From NCBI GenBank assembly GCA_002811645.1, contig PDIP01000032.1, forward strand, positions 136,429 to 200,428: a stretch of 64,000 nt of DNA, written 5' to 3'. Of this stretch, positions 44,786 through 57,425 are shown in pieces (position 1 is the stretch's first letter; the number at the start of each line of letters is the position of its first letter). Origin of the DNA: Corallochytrium limacisporum Hawaii (lineage: Eukaryota > Protista > Pluriformea). A program made the translations under genes and the position numbers. Below the pieces are notes generated by a model. It did no database searches. It saw nothing but the letters and a program-made list of their open reading frames with translations, and was not told the origin of the DNA.

Positions 44786-45728
44786 GATTATGCTAGTGTT
44801 TGATGCCCCTTCAACCGAAGATCAAGCACGTAGTATTTGTGTGCCATGTAGCAGCGTGAAGAATGCCTGCACGGGACATCCACAGAGACATCCACTTTAG
44901 GACCATAGATCCTCAGTACCTGAGTCCGTGACATATAGTTTATGGTTAATGGAATGGTTCAACATGCGACACTTGTGTTGGAGTATGCCCCCCGGGTCCA
45001 ACCCTCAGGCCTCTTTCGCCAGTAAAGCAGGTCCGGACGCTTGCCCTTTGAGACTGCGACCGGACCCGCTCTTCTCTACTGAGTTTGACCAAGTTGCGGA
45101 CACCACTCAACGACAAACAGGCGCGGATAATTATATACTCAGCCTTGAAAATTTAAAATTTATATTCAAATTATACTGATATTGATATACTTAAGTTTTA
45201 AATATGCAGCCTGCGAGAACTATTATTCCTGCTGGAGAAGCGACAAAGTTTCCCCCACCAAAGCCCATTTCCTAGTGGAAAAGTATGAACTTCCGCCGAG
45301 GACCGGGCAAGTTTTTTCGCTCCCTTTTTTGCTTTTGCTCTGGCACACGGGAGGCCTGGAGGCCAGGTAATGGTCATCTCAAGGTCTGCAATTGACACTT
45401 CGCAGTGCTTTCGGAAATAATAGTGTTCTGCACCCTCCTTTCAACGATTTGCTTTTGAGTAGCAACACAAAAATATGAAATCTTTGAAGTTTTTGTATGC
45501 CAGTGACCCAATTTTGGACTTGGAAAGTAATATTAAGTTTCGATCAGGTATTTCTTACTGTGACTCTGATGAAAATTACATTTCAACGCAGTAGAAAAGA
45601 TCAGTGTGAACACAACAGGCGGGAGGCATTCTAACGAGCTTCTTGCTTATATTGTCTCAGAAGATGAGTTGAAGTGTCACAGTGTTCGCAAATATGTGAA
45701 TGAGAAACCTAGCACGACATCTACCAAA

Positions 45729-48700
45729 ATGGTTCAAGATCCTGACCCCGGTATAGAAGCGTCAAATGACGCTGGAGAGGCCAGTGAGGAAAAGATGCAA
45801 TTGCGTCAGGCGGCGATCGATGAACTTGATGGCCAGATGCAAGGGATAGTTGACAATTATGAGCTCAAAGTAATTGAAGCATATATTTTAGAGTCTGGAG
45901 ATGATATTTTGTCGTGGCCATTGGATTCCTACAAGGCCTACGTAGCCAAGAACAGGTTGGAGAATGTCATTGGTGCGCAGGTCGTTGATCCTAATACAGG
46001 AGACTTGGCCTCGGAACTGAATGTCAAGGCCATGCTGAGACAAAGGAAGACAACAGACCAAGGAAAGGAGACGCACAGTGTGGCCAGCGGTCTATCTGGA
46101 AGTGGTCTCGATGTCCCTTCACCTTCTGGCGACAGCGAAGCGTTCGTCCCTCACAGTGAACGCGGAGGAGGTGAAGGTGACAGTTTGACCCACCGCTTGG
46201 TACCACTGACTGAGTACATTCCTATGGAAGAAAGGGCCCCGGACGCTGCCATTGAGGATGAGATGGCCGTGGACGAAACTGCGGATCAAAAGCACAAGCA
46301 GGCACAGCAAGGGAACATGGCCATTGTTAAAGTCAGGGAACTGCTCGATTCAACCCGAGCCCTGAGTTTACAAGCCATCACCACCGCGAAGGATCTTCCT
46401 GAGTTCGAAGCAAGTGTGCTGCAGGGCGTGCGGGCCCTACAGACCAGCGGTCGCTGGACCATCAAAAGACACCCGAAAGTTCGTGAGCTTCCTGTATCCG
46501 CTACGTACCGCGATTTGGTCATGGAGGAAGCGCTGTGGATGTCAGAAGATTTTCGCATGGAAAGAAGGTGGAAGAAAGGACTGGCGGCAACACTGAGTCA
46601 CCAGTGTGCGGAAATTGTGCGTGCAAAGAAGGAAATCGCGGCCGAACCAACACAGAAGATTCAACCAGAGACAATCATTCCCCTCAAAATTGCCCGTATG
46701 GTGGAAAATTTCTGGAAGAATTTCGACCTGGCACCGGCCACAAGTATTGCGATGGACATCGACGATACAGACGGAGATGAGGATGATGACAACATTCCAG
46801 TGTTTGAATTCACCAAGCACAGTGCCGAGATGTCCATGATTAATCTGGAAAGGTCACAGGAACTGATCCCAATTGCTATGGAATCAGCCTCATCTGTCGT
46901 CACCAAAGACTCCATAATGCCTGCCAGTGAGAAAGGCAATAAGTCTGTCGTGCCTGTATACAAGGACTTGGCCACTGTGGTAAATGCCATGTTTGGCATC
47001 TTCTCATGCGGAGCAAACATCTTGCTGCGGAATGTCCCCTTTGAATGGCAGCGGCACCAGGCTATTATTCACTATATTCAGTCTCTGGAGGAGAAAAATG
47101 GTGTGAGGGGACCTCATCTGTTTATCAGCGACCGCAACAGTGTCAACCAGTTGATCCAAAAATCCTCCGATGACGCCGACAGTGGACTATTCATTCGCAA
47201 GGGAGCGAGTGTGAAGCACAAAGTACCGTTACAGTGCATTACTTTTGAGGAGTTGGCTCGTAAAGGCCCAGAGCTGGCCAAGACTGAGTGGGATCACATT
47301 TTTTTGGAGTCAGAGGACGAAGGACAATTCTTGGCACAGATGTTGGAGGACTGCCCGGATCTGCCCAATATTCCGAGCAAAAGGCGCTGTGTACTGTTGC
47401 GTGATAACGATGCCATGAAGAAAGATGGTCAGTTGAGCGTAGATAAGCGTGTGAAGATCCTGCAGAGTCTGTACCTACTGCTGGCCTGTGAACCTGGCGA
47501 CAAGGAGGTAAAGATTGCAGACGAAGTGAATGAAGGCATGGAGAAGACCGTCCGTCAGCAACTCCAAGCCATTTCCTTCAATGCAGCAAGAGCCACGAAA
47601 AACCTAGGAGCTGAAATAGAGACAAGCGCCCCGGAAGAATGCGAAGTCTCTGTTGAGTTTGTTACTAACGAGCCGACGAACTGGCAGAAAGAACAGCTGC
47701 AGCTTACTAGCAAATTCTTACAGGCACGCACAGAGAAGCGTGAGATTGATCAGCGTGATTTGCTGTCATCCATTCTCTACGCCCAAAAGGTTCTATGGTC
47801 TCCCGACGCTTCTTATCTGTCAATGCACGGGCGCCAAGAAGAAGGAATGAAACCAACCAGGAGCACGGATGCGGCATTTGCATCCCGGTGCCAGTCACTG
47901 TACGGGGAAGGACTTCAGCGTTCTGGCGCTGCCAAGACACAGAAGAAGGACTTCGATGAGGTGCAAACCGAGAGTCCAAAGCTGAAATGGCTCATGGACC
48001 ATCTGTATTCTTGTATTGGCGACCGCACTGCGACCATTGTGCTCAGCAGTAATGGCACTCTACTTGAACATCTGGGAATGCTGCTGAAGGCCATTGAATT
48101 GCCACACATTGTGCTGGTTGGAAATGGCACTAAGGAAGTGCAGAAAGCAAGGATCGAGAGTTTCAACAAAGCTCAAGGCACCAAGATTCTCCTCATGCAC
48201 ACTGACTGCGGACCCATTGAGGAGATGACCAACATCGCCAAGGATATTGTCTGTCTCGGAATGCCAGTGGTTGACTTCGTGGCGCAACAGGCGATGGAAG
48301 CGCTATCAAACTTCTATGACTCTGCGTCGGGCGCCGTCACGGTACACCACGTGCTGTCCGAGGCCACCTTCGAAGAAGTGTACCAAAGCAAGGTGGACAT
48401 CAAAGATTTGGAGTCAGGTGGACTTGCCAAAGCAGTGTTTGGCCCATACGAAGCCATCTCCCTGCTAGATCACGATCTTCTGGCCAGCATGTTTGACAAT
48501 GAGGACCAAGTGGAAGAGATTGGCACATTAATTCCGCCGTCCTCTGTGATTGCCTCCAGTCTCTCCCGTACGTACTTCCAGCTTGTAGACGATGTTACAC
48601 AGCGGACACGCTACCGCCGAGAGGTTAACTTAGGACGCGAGAAGCCTTCTACTGGTGTGGACAAGCTTCCGGACGGAGGTGATGGGGGCACCACCCACCG

Positions 48701-50483
48701 TCGCCACGTCCGGGACCTAGCACTGCAGAGTATCAAAACCTCTGGATCATCGGGCATGTTCTTTGCAGGAGCAGCTGACAAGGATGGCCACTTGGTGCCT
48801 GTCTGTGGCGGTGACTATCGTGATACTGGAGGTGATCTGCACCTATTTGCTTCACTCGGAGACGAATTGCTTAGCGCGGATGATTTTATCAATGACCCCT
48901 TCTTTGATGCCAACGATTTCTCAGCGTTAACCTTGGGCACTGCGAGTGGAAGTACTAGCGCCGCAGCTGCATCTGGAGTGCTCAAAAGCAAGGGCGCCAA
49001 TATTCCAACTTGGGCGCCCCCTACTAAATACGACATTGTCACACAAGATGGTAGTCTGCGCAATGGACTCTACAACGAGAATTTAGTGCTCGGTCTGCAG
49101 CACACTGCCAAATTACCCAGACCTCCCAGACTGGGACGGAAGAAGAAAGAAGAAGCGGCAGCGGCAGCGGCAGCTGCGGCAGCTTCGGTTGCAGTCGAGA
49201 GTTCGATGCAGCGCACCGTCGGCGACGTGATTGAGGACTTCGATCTCATTGATTTTGGCAAGATGCTGATGCTCCCTGCGTCCTGCAACCTCGAGAAGAG
49301 CATGTCTGCCCAGAAACGGGCGCAACAGGCCAAGAAGATGCAGGATACAAAGTCTCTGCGCCTTGCCAGTCTCACGGACTGGAACGTGGAGGAAGATTAC
49401 CTACTGCTGCGCAGTGTTGGCTTTGTGGCGAAGGCATTCCCGAGTCGGTCGGGTGCGTTGAACTGGGAACTGATCGCAGAGGCGGTAAATTCGAAAACCA
49501 ATTTTTATGGTCATCCACGAAGCGCTAAACAGTGTCGTGACCGCTACGAGAAGGTCATCGTACCCACCGAACAGGGCAAGTACTACCCACTTATTCCCAG
49601 CCTACCCCAGGGAGGCAATAAGAAGAAGGACAAAGACAAGGACAAGAAGAATAAGAAGAAGGAAGCGCAGTTAAAGAAGAGGCCACGGCCTTCCACCCTC
49701 GTACAAATTGACACTGACGAAGGTAAAACTTTCCTTGACTACAAGAACCGAGTTAGCGAGGCAGTCAGAAGGGCCAGCCAGAAGCGCAAGAAGCGCAAAG
49801 GCACCCACGATGGTATCGGAGAGGTTCCCCATGACTCGCATACCACAGCTCTTCGCAACTACCGGCCAAGCGTCGGCCCTGCGGCCATGGCCCGGAATCT
49901 TCCGGCGAACGCAGGGGCCGCGAACGTCACCAGCGGGGCAGCGCCAGGCGCTCAGGGCCAGACACAGGCTGCCGCAGCAGCAATGGCCGGTAGTGCGGCT
50001 CAAAAACTGCGCCAGAGCACGTCAATGCTCAGTGGTGTTGCTGCAGGACACCCGCCCGGTCGCGCGATGCCAAACCCCGCAGCAGCTGCAGCAGCCGTGC
50101 GGGCGAGTCCCGCGGGACTCGGTGGCCCATCTGGCCTCGGTGCTCCGGACCTCAACGCCGGCGGTGCACACGGCGGTCCTGGGGCTGCTGCTGCTGCGGC
50201 GGCCGTCGGTGGTGCCGCTGGTGCAGGTGATTTGAAGCTGCCTTTCTCACAGGAACAGATGGCCAGCCTCACTCAGCAACAGAAAATGCAATTGCTGAAC
50301 CGTTTGCGTCTGAAACAGCACCAGCAGCAGCAGCAGCAGAAGCAGCAGCTCCTACAAAAGCAGCAGAGTCAGCTCACGGCGGCACAGCAGCAGGAACGAC
50401 AGCGGCAGTTGCTTGCTCTTCAAAAAGAGCGCCAGCAGGCGCAGGCACAGGCGCAAGCTCAGGCGCAAGCACAGGCGCAGGCG

Positions 50484-50550
<67 letters not shown>

Positions 50551-51380
50551 AGGCACAGGCGCAGGCACAGGCGCAGGCACAGGCACAGGCACAAGCTGCT
50601 GCTGCCCAACAGCAGCAGGCTGCAGCTGCCGGGGCTGCTGGGGGTCTGCTGGGTGCCAGTGCGGGCGATTTTGGTCTGCTCTTCGGTGCGGGCGCGGGTG
50701 CCGCGGGCAGCAGTGCCAAGGCCGCTGCTGCCGCTGCAGCTGGCCAGCAGCCCTACATGGCAGGGTCGCTGCTTCGGGGCTCTCCCGGAGCAGCTGCAGG
50801 AGGCGGCGCCACATCTGCTGATGCTGCGGCCCTGCAACAGCGCTTGCAGCAGCAGCAGGCCGCGCAGGCACAGCAGAGGGCAGCAGCAGCGGCGGCGGGC
50901 GCTGGCGCAGCTGGACAGCTACCCCCCGCGGAAGTGAGGGCTCGCCAAAAGCTGCGCACTTTGGCGCAATGGTTTGTGTCAAAGGTGCCGAACGCCAAGC
51001 CGCACGTAGCGTCGGTCATTCAACGCCAGGACATGACCACAGAGCAAAAGATTGTACAGGTTCAGAAGCTGGTTGTCCGTGCTCAAACAATGATCCGTCA
51101 GCGGCAGCAACAGGCACAGGCAGCCCAGAGACACCAACAACAACAGGCAGCGGCTGCAGCTGCGGCCGGTCCCGGCGCCGGCGCCGGTCCTGGCGGTGCC
51201 GGTGGTTTCAATCTTGGCGGCCTCGACTTCGGTATTGGTGCAAGTACTGCAGGAGCCGTCAATCCCGGCTCGGGCGCCGGCGGAGACGGCAGCAACGGTC
51301 AGGGCGGCGGTGCCACGGGCATTCCCAGCTTTGATGCGCTGCTGAGTCCGAAAGGCGGGGCCGGTGACCAAGCAAAATAA
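45729..51380 (+). CDS. EP400/Domino/Eaf1-like chromatin scaffold: HSA + degenerate SNF2 ATPase + SANT/Myb + Q/A-rich tail
   Basis: First ATG at 45729. HSA: DLVMEEALWMSEDFRMERRWK. SNF2 remnants: GPHLFI, SPKLKWL, RIESFN, VHHVLSEATFEE. SANT: WNVEEDYLLL...NWELIAEAVN...RSAKQCRDRY. PolyQ and QA repeats. Confidence 0.88.
50436..50597 (+). repeat. Coding hexanucleotide repeat (CARGCN)27 encoding (Gln-Ala)27
   Basis: 162 nt, mostly CAGGCA/CAGGCG units, inside the EP400-like ORF. Confidence 0.95.
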
Positions 51381-51522
51381 AAAATGAACACAACACATTC
51401 AAGAGAAATCTATGAAAGTCATGTGCTGAAGCCAATTTATGGATTCTTGATGTTTCTTTAGTGAAGGCTGCTTAGTTGATGAGCTTGTGCTACTCCGTGA
51501 GGCCTGCTCAGTGGATAGCTAT

Positions 51523-52185
51523 TCATTTGAATTGCTCAAAATCGGACGGCTTGAGCCCGATTTGCTCATCAGTCTCGCAGTCAATCTCTTCGTAGAATTT
51601 ACTTTTCTTGCCGGGGTAGCTCTCAAGCACGGCATTGGCCATGTCAGTGAACTTGCGCTTGCGTTTCTTCCATTCTTTAAGACTGATTTCGAACTGTTTG
51701 ACGATCTGATCCCGTTTCTCGTGGGTCATGGTGGTGCCTCCTTCGGTAATACTGGTAATCTTTGCCCGAAGTGCTGCAATCTCTGCAATTCTTGAGGCCT
51801 TTCTCTGTTTCAGGTTGTCAAGTGTAGGTCTAGTCTTGAGTGCACCAATGTCCCGTTCGATGTCCTGAGTCTCCGCTGCCACAGTTTTGTTCTCACGTTC
51901 TAGTCCTGATATATGAGCGTCCAATGCATCTATGTCTTCCTTGGAAGGGTTGTCCATGGCATTCTGATTAATGAAATAGATCTTTGCCTTGCCATACTCC
52001 TTCTCTACAACACGATCTTCCTGCACCAGCGCTGCCAGGGCTTTGACAATGCCTGCCTTTTGAATCTCGCCATGAAGATTGGCGTGAATGTCCAATACAC
52101 TGTACGGTCGATTCTGTTTGTACAAATACTCATATATTGTGTTTGCATTGTCGTCTACCGATGCCTTTTTCGTGGCCGTCGGCAT
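51523..52185 (-). CDS. HOP2: Meiotic homologous-pairing protein Hop2 (PSMC3IP/TBPIP)
   Basis: First ATG at 52185. IYEYLYKQNRPYS...EKEYGKAKIYFINQ winged helix, coiled coil, EWKKRKR, EEIDCETDE. Confidence 0.94.
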   Translation of the reverse strand: MPTATKKASVDDNANTIYEYLYKQNRPYSVLDIHANLHGEIQKAGIVKALAALVQEDRVVEKEYGKAKIYFINQNAMDNPSKEDIDALDAHISGLERENKTVAAETQDIERDIGALKTRPTLDNLKQRKASRIAEIAALRAKITSITEGGTTMTHEKRDQIVKQFEISLKEWKKRKRKFTDMANAVLESYPGKKSKFYEEIDCETDEQIGLKPSDFEQFK

Positions 52186-52609
52186 GATGAATTGCTTGTT
52201 GCTGCTGGCACTGGTACAAAGCCGAGTTTTGTGCGATCGACGAAACACGGCCGTTGTGACTCACGCAAATCTTCACCAGTGTTCAAGTAGTCCACGGGAC
52301 TGTTTGAATTACGCAGAGTACTGCACTGTGTGTCATATGCTAGGATTGGCAAGCGCCGAAACTGGACTATGGGTCTCCAAAACCCTGAGCTCGGCTCCCA
52401 AGCCGCCACAAAACGGGTCCCCATCCCCTTGCCTCCCGTTCTTTCGCGCCAAATCGGAGGGCGTGAATATACGGGATTATTTGAAATTAGGACTCCTACC
52501 TGCACCTCACTGTTCAACCGTATAGAGCATTTTCACCGCGGGTGGACGGTCTCAAACCAAAGGGGGGAACATACCGAAGCAACCTGGGGAAGGCAGGGGA
52601 GGGGGGGAG

Positions 52610-52788
52610 NNNNNNNNNNNNNNNNNNNNNNNNNNNNNNNNNNNNNNNNNNNNNNNNNNNNNNNNNNNNNNNNNNNNNNNNNNNNNNNNNNNNNNNNNNN
52701 NNNNNNNNNNNNNNNNNNNNNNNNNNNNNNNNNNNNNNNNNNNNNNNNNNNNNNNNNNNNNNNNNNNNNNNNNNNNNNNNNNNNNNNN
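52610..52788. other. Assembly gap flanked by an exact 24-nt G-rich direct repeat
   Basis: GGGGAAGGCAGGGGAGGGGGGGAG at 52586-52609 and 52789-52812. Confidence 0.99.
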
Positions 52789-55690
52789 GGGGAAGGCAGG
52801 GGAGGGGGGGAGGGAGGGGGGGTGGGGGAAGGACGCGACCGTGGTAGAAGCAAAAAGCCTGGAGAAACCACAACGAGACACAAGGAGAGGGAAACAGGGC
52901 GGCCTCCTTGCTCCGTTGATACGGTAGTGGGGATGCTGCGAACTTTTCGCGCGGGCCTGTGTGCCGCCCTGTGGCAGCCTAAAGACTTTTTAAAGGTGGA
53001 GCCGGGGCACCCAACAAGTAAAGTCTCTCCTCGTTCCCGTTGTACAATAGGTCACGCATCCATTGCTGGGGACCGAGGAGAAGAAGGACTATATTCATTC
53101 ATGCACACACCCATTACTGTGCGGCATCGGACGGGGAACTTGCAATCCAAACTTGCTTTGCAATGGTATGCACGTGTACTTGTCGGCGCTGTACTATCGC
53201 CATTGTCGTGCGCTCTGCGTGTGTTGCCACCACCTACATAAATGCAGGTCCCGTCGAGAGAGGTAAACCATTATTCGTTTGCTCAGCCCCTTGGCTTAGT
53301 GGACCACATTTTGTTTGCGATGGGCTCTCATAGTTTAAGTATTGACACCGGAGGCCCAGACGGAGATCAGCCAATCAGGATCCCGGGACAGGCTGGGGCC
53401 CATCTCCCTTCCCGTTCACCTTATTCTTAGTTCTGATTCCTTCCTCTCTCTCTCTGTGAAAACAGTTTGTTTTGATTTGTTTTGCTTCGAAGTTCTATAC
53501 TTTGACTGAAGGGCTGCGGTTCCTAGGGAGTACTAGTTGTGGCGGCCGTTGGCGTGCATCCCGATACAACTGTATGACGACACTGCTGCGTTCCTTTTGC
53601 GGGGGCTGTCTAGAAGAGCCTCGAGAAGTTTGGCAAAGGAACGTGTATTATTGATAAAAGTAAATGATTTTTTTTTGTTTAATTTGTATTTTTGATTTTT
53701 TTTTGTGCCGTTTGTTCCAGAACGAAGGCGGGGTTTCAACCCCGGTGTCTCAGGCGATATTGGGGAAAGGCTAAAATATTCGTCACAGAAAGTCTATAGT
53801 CCCCAGAAATATACCAACTCAGAAATGGACCCATATTTCTTGTGGTACAGCTCTCTTGGCAATCACCGTGGCCAGGCAGGTGTACTGTTGTGTTCTCCAT
53901 TGCAAGGAATGACAAGGGAGAAGAAGAATGAGGAGAAGGAGGTTGCCAGCACGCCTCCCTTCGGAGCTCTTTTCTCGTAGAAGACAGGTAGCAGTTGTAC
54001 CGTCAGTCTCGCAAACTGGTCGCCTCCTCTGGCCCACAGAACTTGTATTGTACGAGCAGGGGTTTGGCAAGGAGATGAGTTGGGGGGGGGCAGTTGCCGC
54101 AGGTCTGTGTGCAGACTTTCACTTGGACAGTGGTGATGATGTGGCGGGGAGTATTGAAGCCAAAGGGGAAAAGGGGGCCCTTCGACGGAGAACACAAAAC
54201 GTTACCGGGGATTGCGCTCCACGCCCGCCCTCCCCCCCCTCCTTCCCTCCCTCTGGGTGGGGCGGGGAAGGCTGTGTACCTGCACTGCTTTGGCGGGAAA
54301 TTCTCTGTTTGGACACAGACCTAAGGAAACGAATGGGCAGCAATGAGAGAGCTTCCGTGGCGGTCCACGCTATACCCAATTCCGGTACCTTGTACCGCGA
54401 AATGATATCAACCGGGGAAATGGGGAAAAAACTTTCGGTTTTTAGAGAGTGAGTTCAGGCTGAGGCCAAGCGTGGCCATGCGTGTGTGCACTGACTGAGT
54501 ACGGCCGGCCGCATTCGTCCGCGCACGGCAGCAGACCCAACGCAAAACTGAAGGGGACCACAAACCGCTTCCTCTCTGGTATGTACGGAACACCACTTGT
54601 CTCCGAACGCAGAACAGTTGCAACCCCCATAGATATTGGACTGTCAGGACAAGGGAGGATGAAGGAAGGGGGGGGGTTGGCGGTTGCAAAGGAGTAGCAA
54701 AATACATGTGCGACCCCGCTGTGATATACCCACACAGTTCACAATTCCACAAAACCCGATATCATGCAGAGGAAAGGCGCATAATGGGACTTATATCTAG
54801 CCACCAATGGAAAGTGAAAAAAATTTTCACTTTTCCACTTTCTATTTGTGTGACCCAGTCATAATCAAAATACGATTCTGGTTAGCTTTGTTCGGCCCTT
54901 CCCACTTGTCTGCTCTCCGGTCCTTGTTTTGTTTGTTTTTGTTTGTTGGTTTTGGGGGTTTGCTTTGCTCTCGCGATGATTAGCTGACCGCGAAGGGACG
55001 ACCTGGCGTTGCCTCCGGATTGGTGATTGACATTGTACCGGAACAAACGGCGCCGCACGCGAAGCCAACGACCCCCCAAACACACCCAGAACACGCCAGT
55101 TCCCGGGTGACTGAGAATACCAAAGATTCTCGGGTGCTATAGCGAAAGAAGGAAAAGACACAGAAATAAATGAACCGAGGGCTGATGAAAAGGGAGGGAA
55201 TCACTTTGGCAAGGTCAAAAAGCATAACAATGGCGTGCACCGTCCCCGTGTATCGCAAGGTAAGGCACTGAACAGATTATCAGTTCCATATTTCATATAT
55301 TTACTATAGGAACAACGAGAGTTGAACAACAGGCTTGTTCTTCCGGGCGGATCCTCTGCTAAGTCCGCGCTATCAATAGGTTCCGTAAAAATTTACCCCT
55401 GGAGGCATTTCAAAAGAAGCTGGCTTAAAAAGGGAAGACCAATACTGAAAGAGTAGAGAGAGATGAAAAACCTAGAGGGGGCGCCATCAACAGAAAAGGG
55501 GAGAGGGGCAAGGGGGCTGGGCCAAGAAGGAACCGATGCTCCCCCTTTCCTTCGGTCCGAAAGGAATTTGGGGTTTCTTTTCTCTTCAGCTACTTGATAG
55601 ATCAAAGGTTCTGGATCTCTCGAAGATACAGCGATCTTAAATTATTTGATTCTTAAGGTTTGGATCATTAATTGTATTAATCTAACAAAC

Positions 55691-56697
55691 ATGGGTGAGC
55701 GTGAGGACAATGTCTACATGGCTAAGCTGGCCGAGCAGGCTGAGCGCTATGACGGTAAGTAACAAGAGTCGCAATCAGACGTACATCGGGCGATCCGCAC
55801 CGTACAAAATGGTTCATCCATCCATCCATCCGGTTAATAAGCTTATACAATAGCTTATTTGATGATTTTTGGGTCGAGGTGATCATGATGGCGTGTACGG
55901 TGATGGGAGGCCGATGTCGAAATCAGGATTTGGATCGTTGCGGACAGAATCGCTAACATTCTTTGTATTTTCTTTTAATTTTATTTACAGAAATGGTTGA
56001 CGCCATGAAGAAGGTCGCCAACCTGGACACTGAGCTCACCGTTGAGGAGCGCAACCTGCTGTCCGTCGCTTACAAGAACGTCATTGGCGCCCGCCGTGCC
56101 TCTTGGCGTATCATTTCCTCAATTGAGCAGAAGGAGGAGTCCAAGGGTTCTGACAAGAAGCTGGAGATGATCAAGGCCTACCGCACCAAGGTCGAGAACG
56201 AGCTGAAGGACATTTGCTCCGACATCCTTTCTGTCCTGGACCAGCATCTGATCCCCGCGGCCACCTCTGGCGAGAGCAAGGTCTTCTACTACAAGATGAA
56301 GGGTGACTACCACCGTTACTTGGCTGAGTTCGCCCAGGGTAAGGACCGCCAGGAGGCTGCCGAGAACTCTCTCGTCGCCTACAAGGCTGCTTCTGACATT
56401 GCCCTGACTGAGCTGCCTCCTACCCACCCCATTCGTCTGGGTCTGGCCCTCAACTTCTCTGTCTTCTACTACGAGATTCTCAACTCTCCTGACCGCGCAT
56501 GCCATCTGGCTAAGCAGGCCTTCGATGATGCCATCGCTGAGCTCGACACTCTGTCCGAGGAGAGCTACAAGGACTCAACACTGATCATGCAGCTGCTGCG
56601 TGACAACCTGACTCTGTGGACCTCTGATATGCAGGGAGATGAGGGCGAAGGCGGCAAGGACGAAGGCAAGGACGAGGGCGAAGAGGATGGCAACTAA
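55691..56697 (+). CDS. YWHAE: 14-3-3 protein, epsilon type; exons 55691-55754 and 55991-56697
   Basis: Exon 1 [21 protein letters not shown] joins exon 2 (E)MVDAMKKV...[25 protein letters not shown]...[19 protein letters not shown]. Confidence 0.98.
55755..55990 (+). other. U2-type spliceosomal intron (236 nt, phase 1)
   Basis: GTAAGT donor, GCTAAC branch point at 55952-55957, T-rich tract, ACAG acceptor. Splicing restores the conserved ERYDEMV. Confidence 0.95.
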
Positions 56698-56876
56698 ATG
56701 GTCCGAACGTTTTGCAGTATCTCTGTCTCCCATTGTTGACAACTTGAAATACAAAAAATGCTCATGTCGAAAATGTGATAAGGGTGACAAATTTTGTTTA
56801 TATATAGTGGATGACATATTCTGGATTCTTTATTGGGGTATCTTCTACGATGCTTTTGGAGCAAGGAGGGACTGAT

Positions 56877-57425
<549 letters not shown>

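Noticed and set aside
50352-50982. Poly-(CL), (PV), (HR) and (AC) ORFs
   Set aside because: Alternative frames of the QA repeat.
52586-52812. 24-nt direct repeat flanking the gap as a mobile-element target duplication or LTR
   Set aside because: More simply explained by overlapping contig ends or a collapsed G-rich tandem repeat. No transposase or RT in the window.
55963-55990. ORF-track N-terminus [10 protein letters not shown] for 14-3-3, and TTG/GTG starts for PC, RINT1, XPC, Munc18, HOP2, TRIAP1, NAMPT and AP2M1
   Set aside because: The first is the intron polypyrimidine tract. The others are prokaryote-style start calls; the first in-frame ATGs are used instead.
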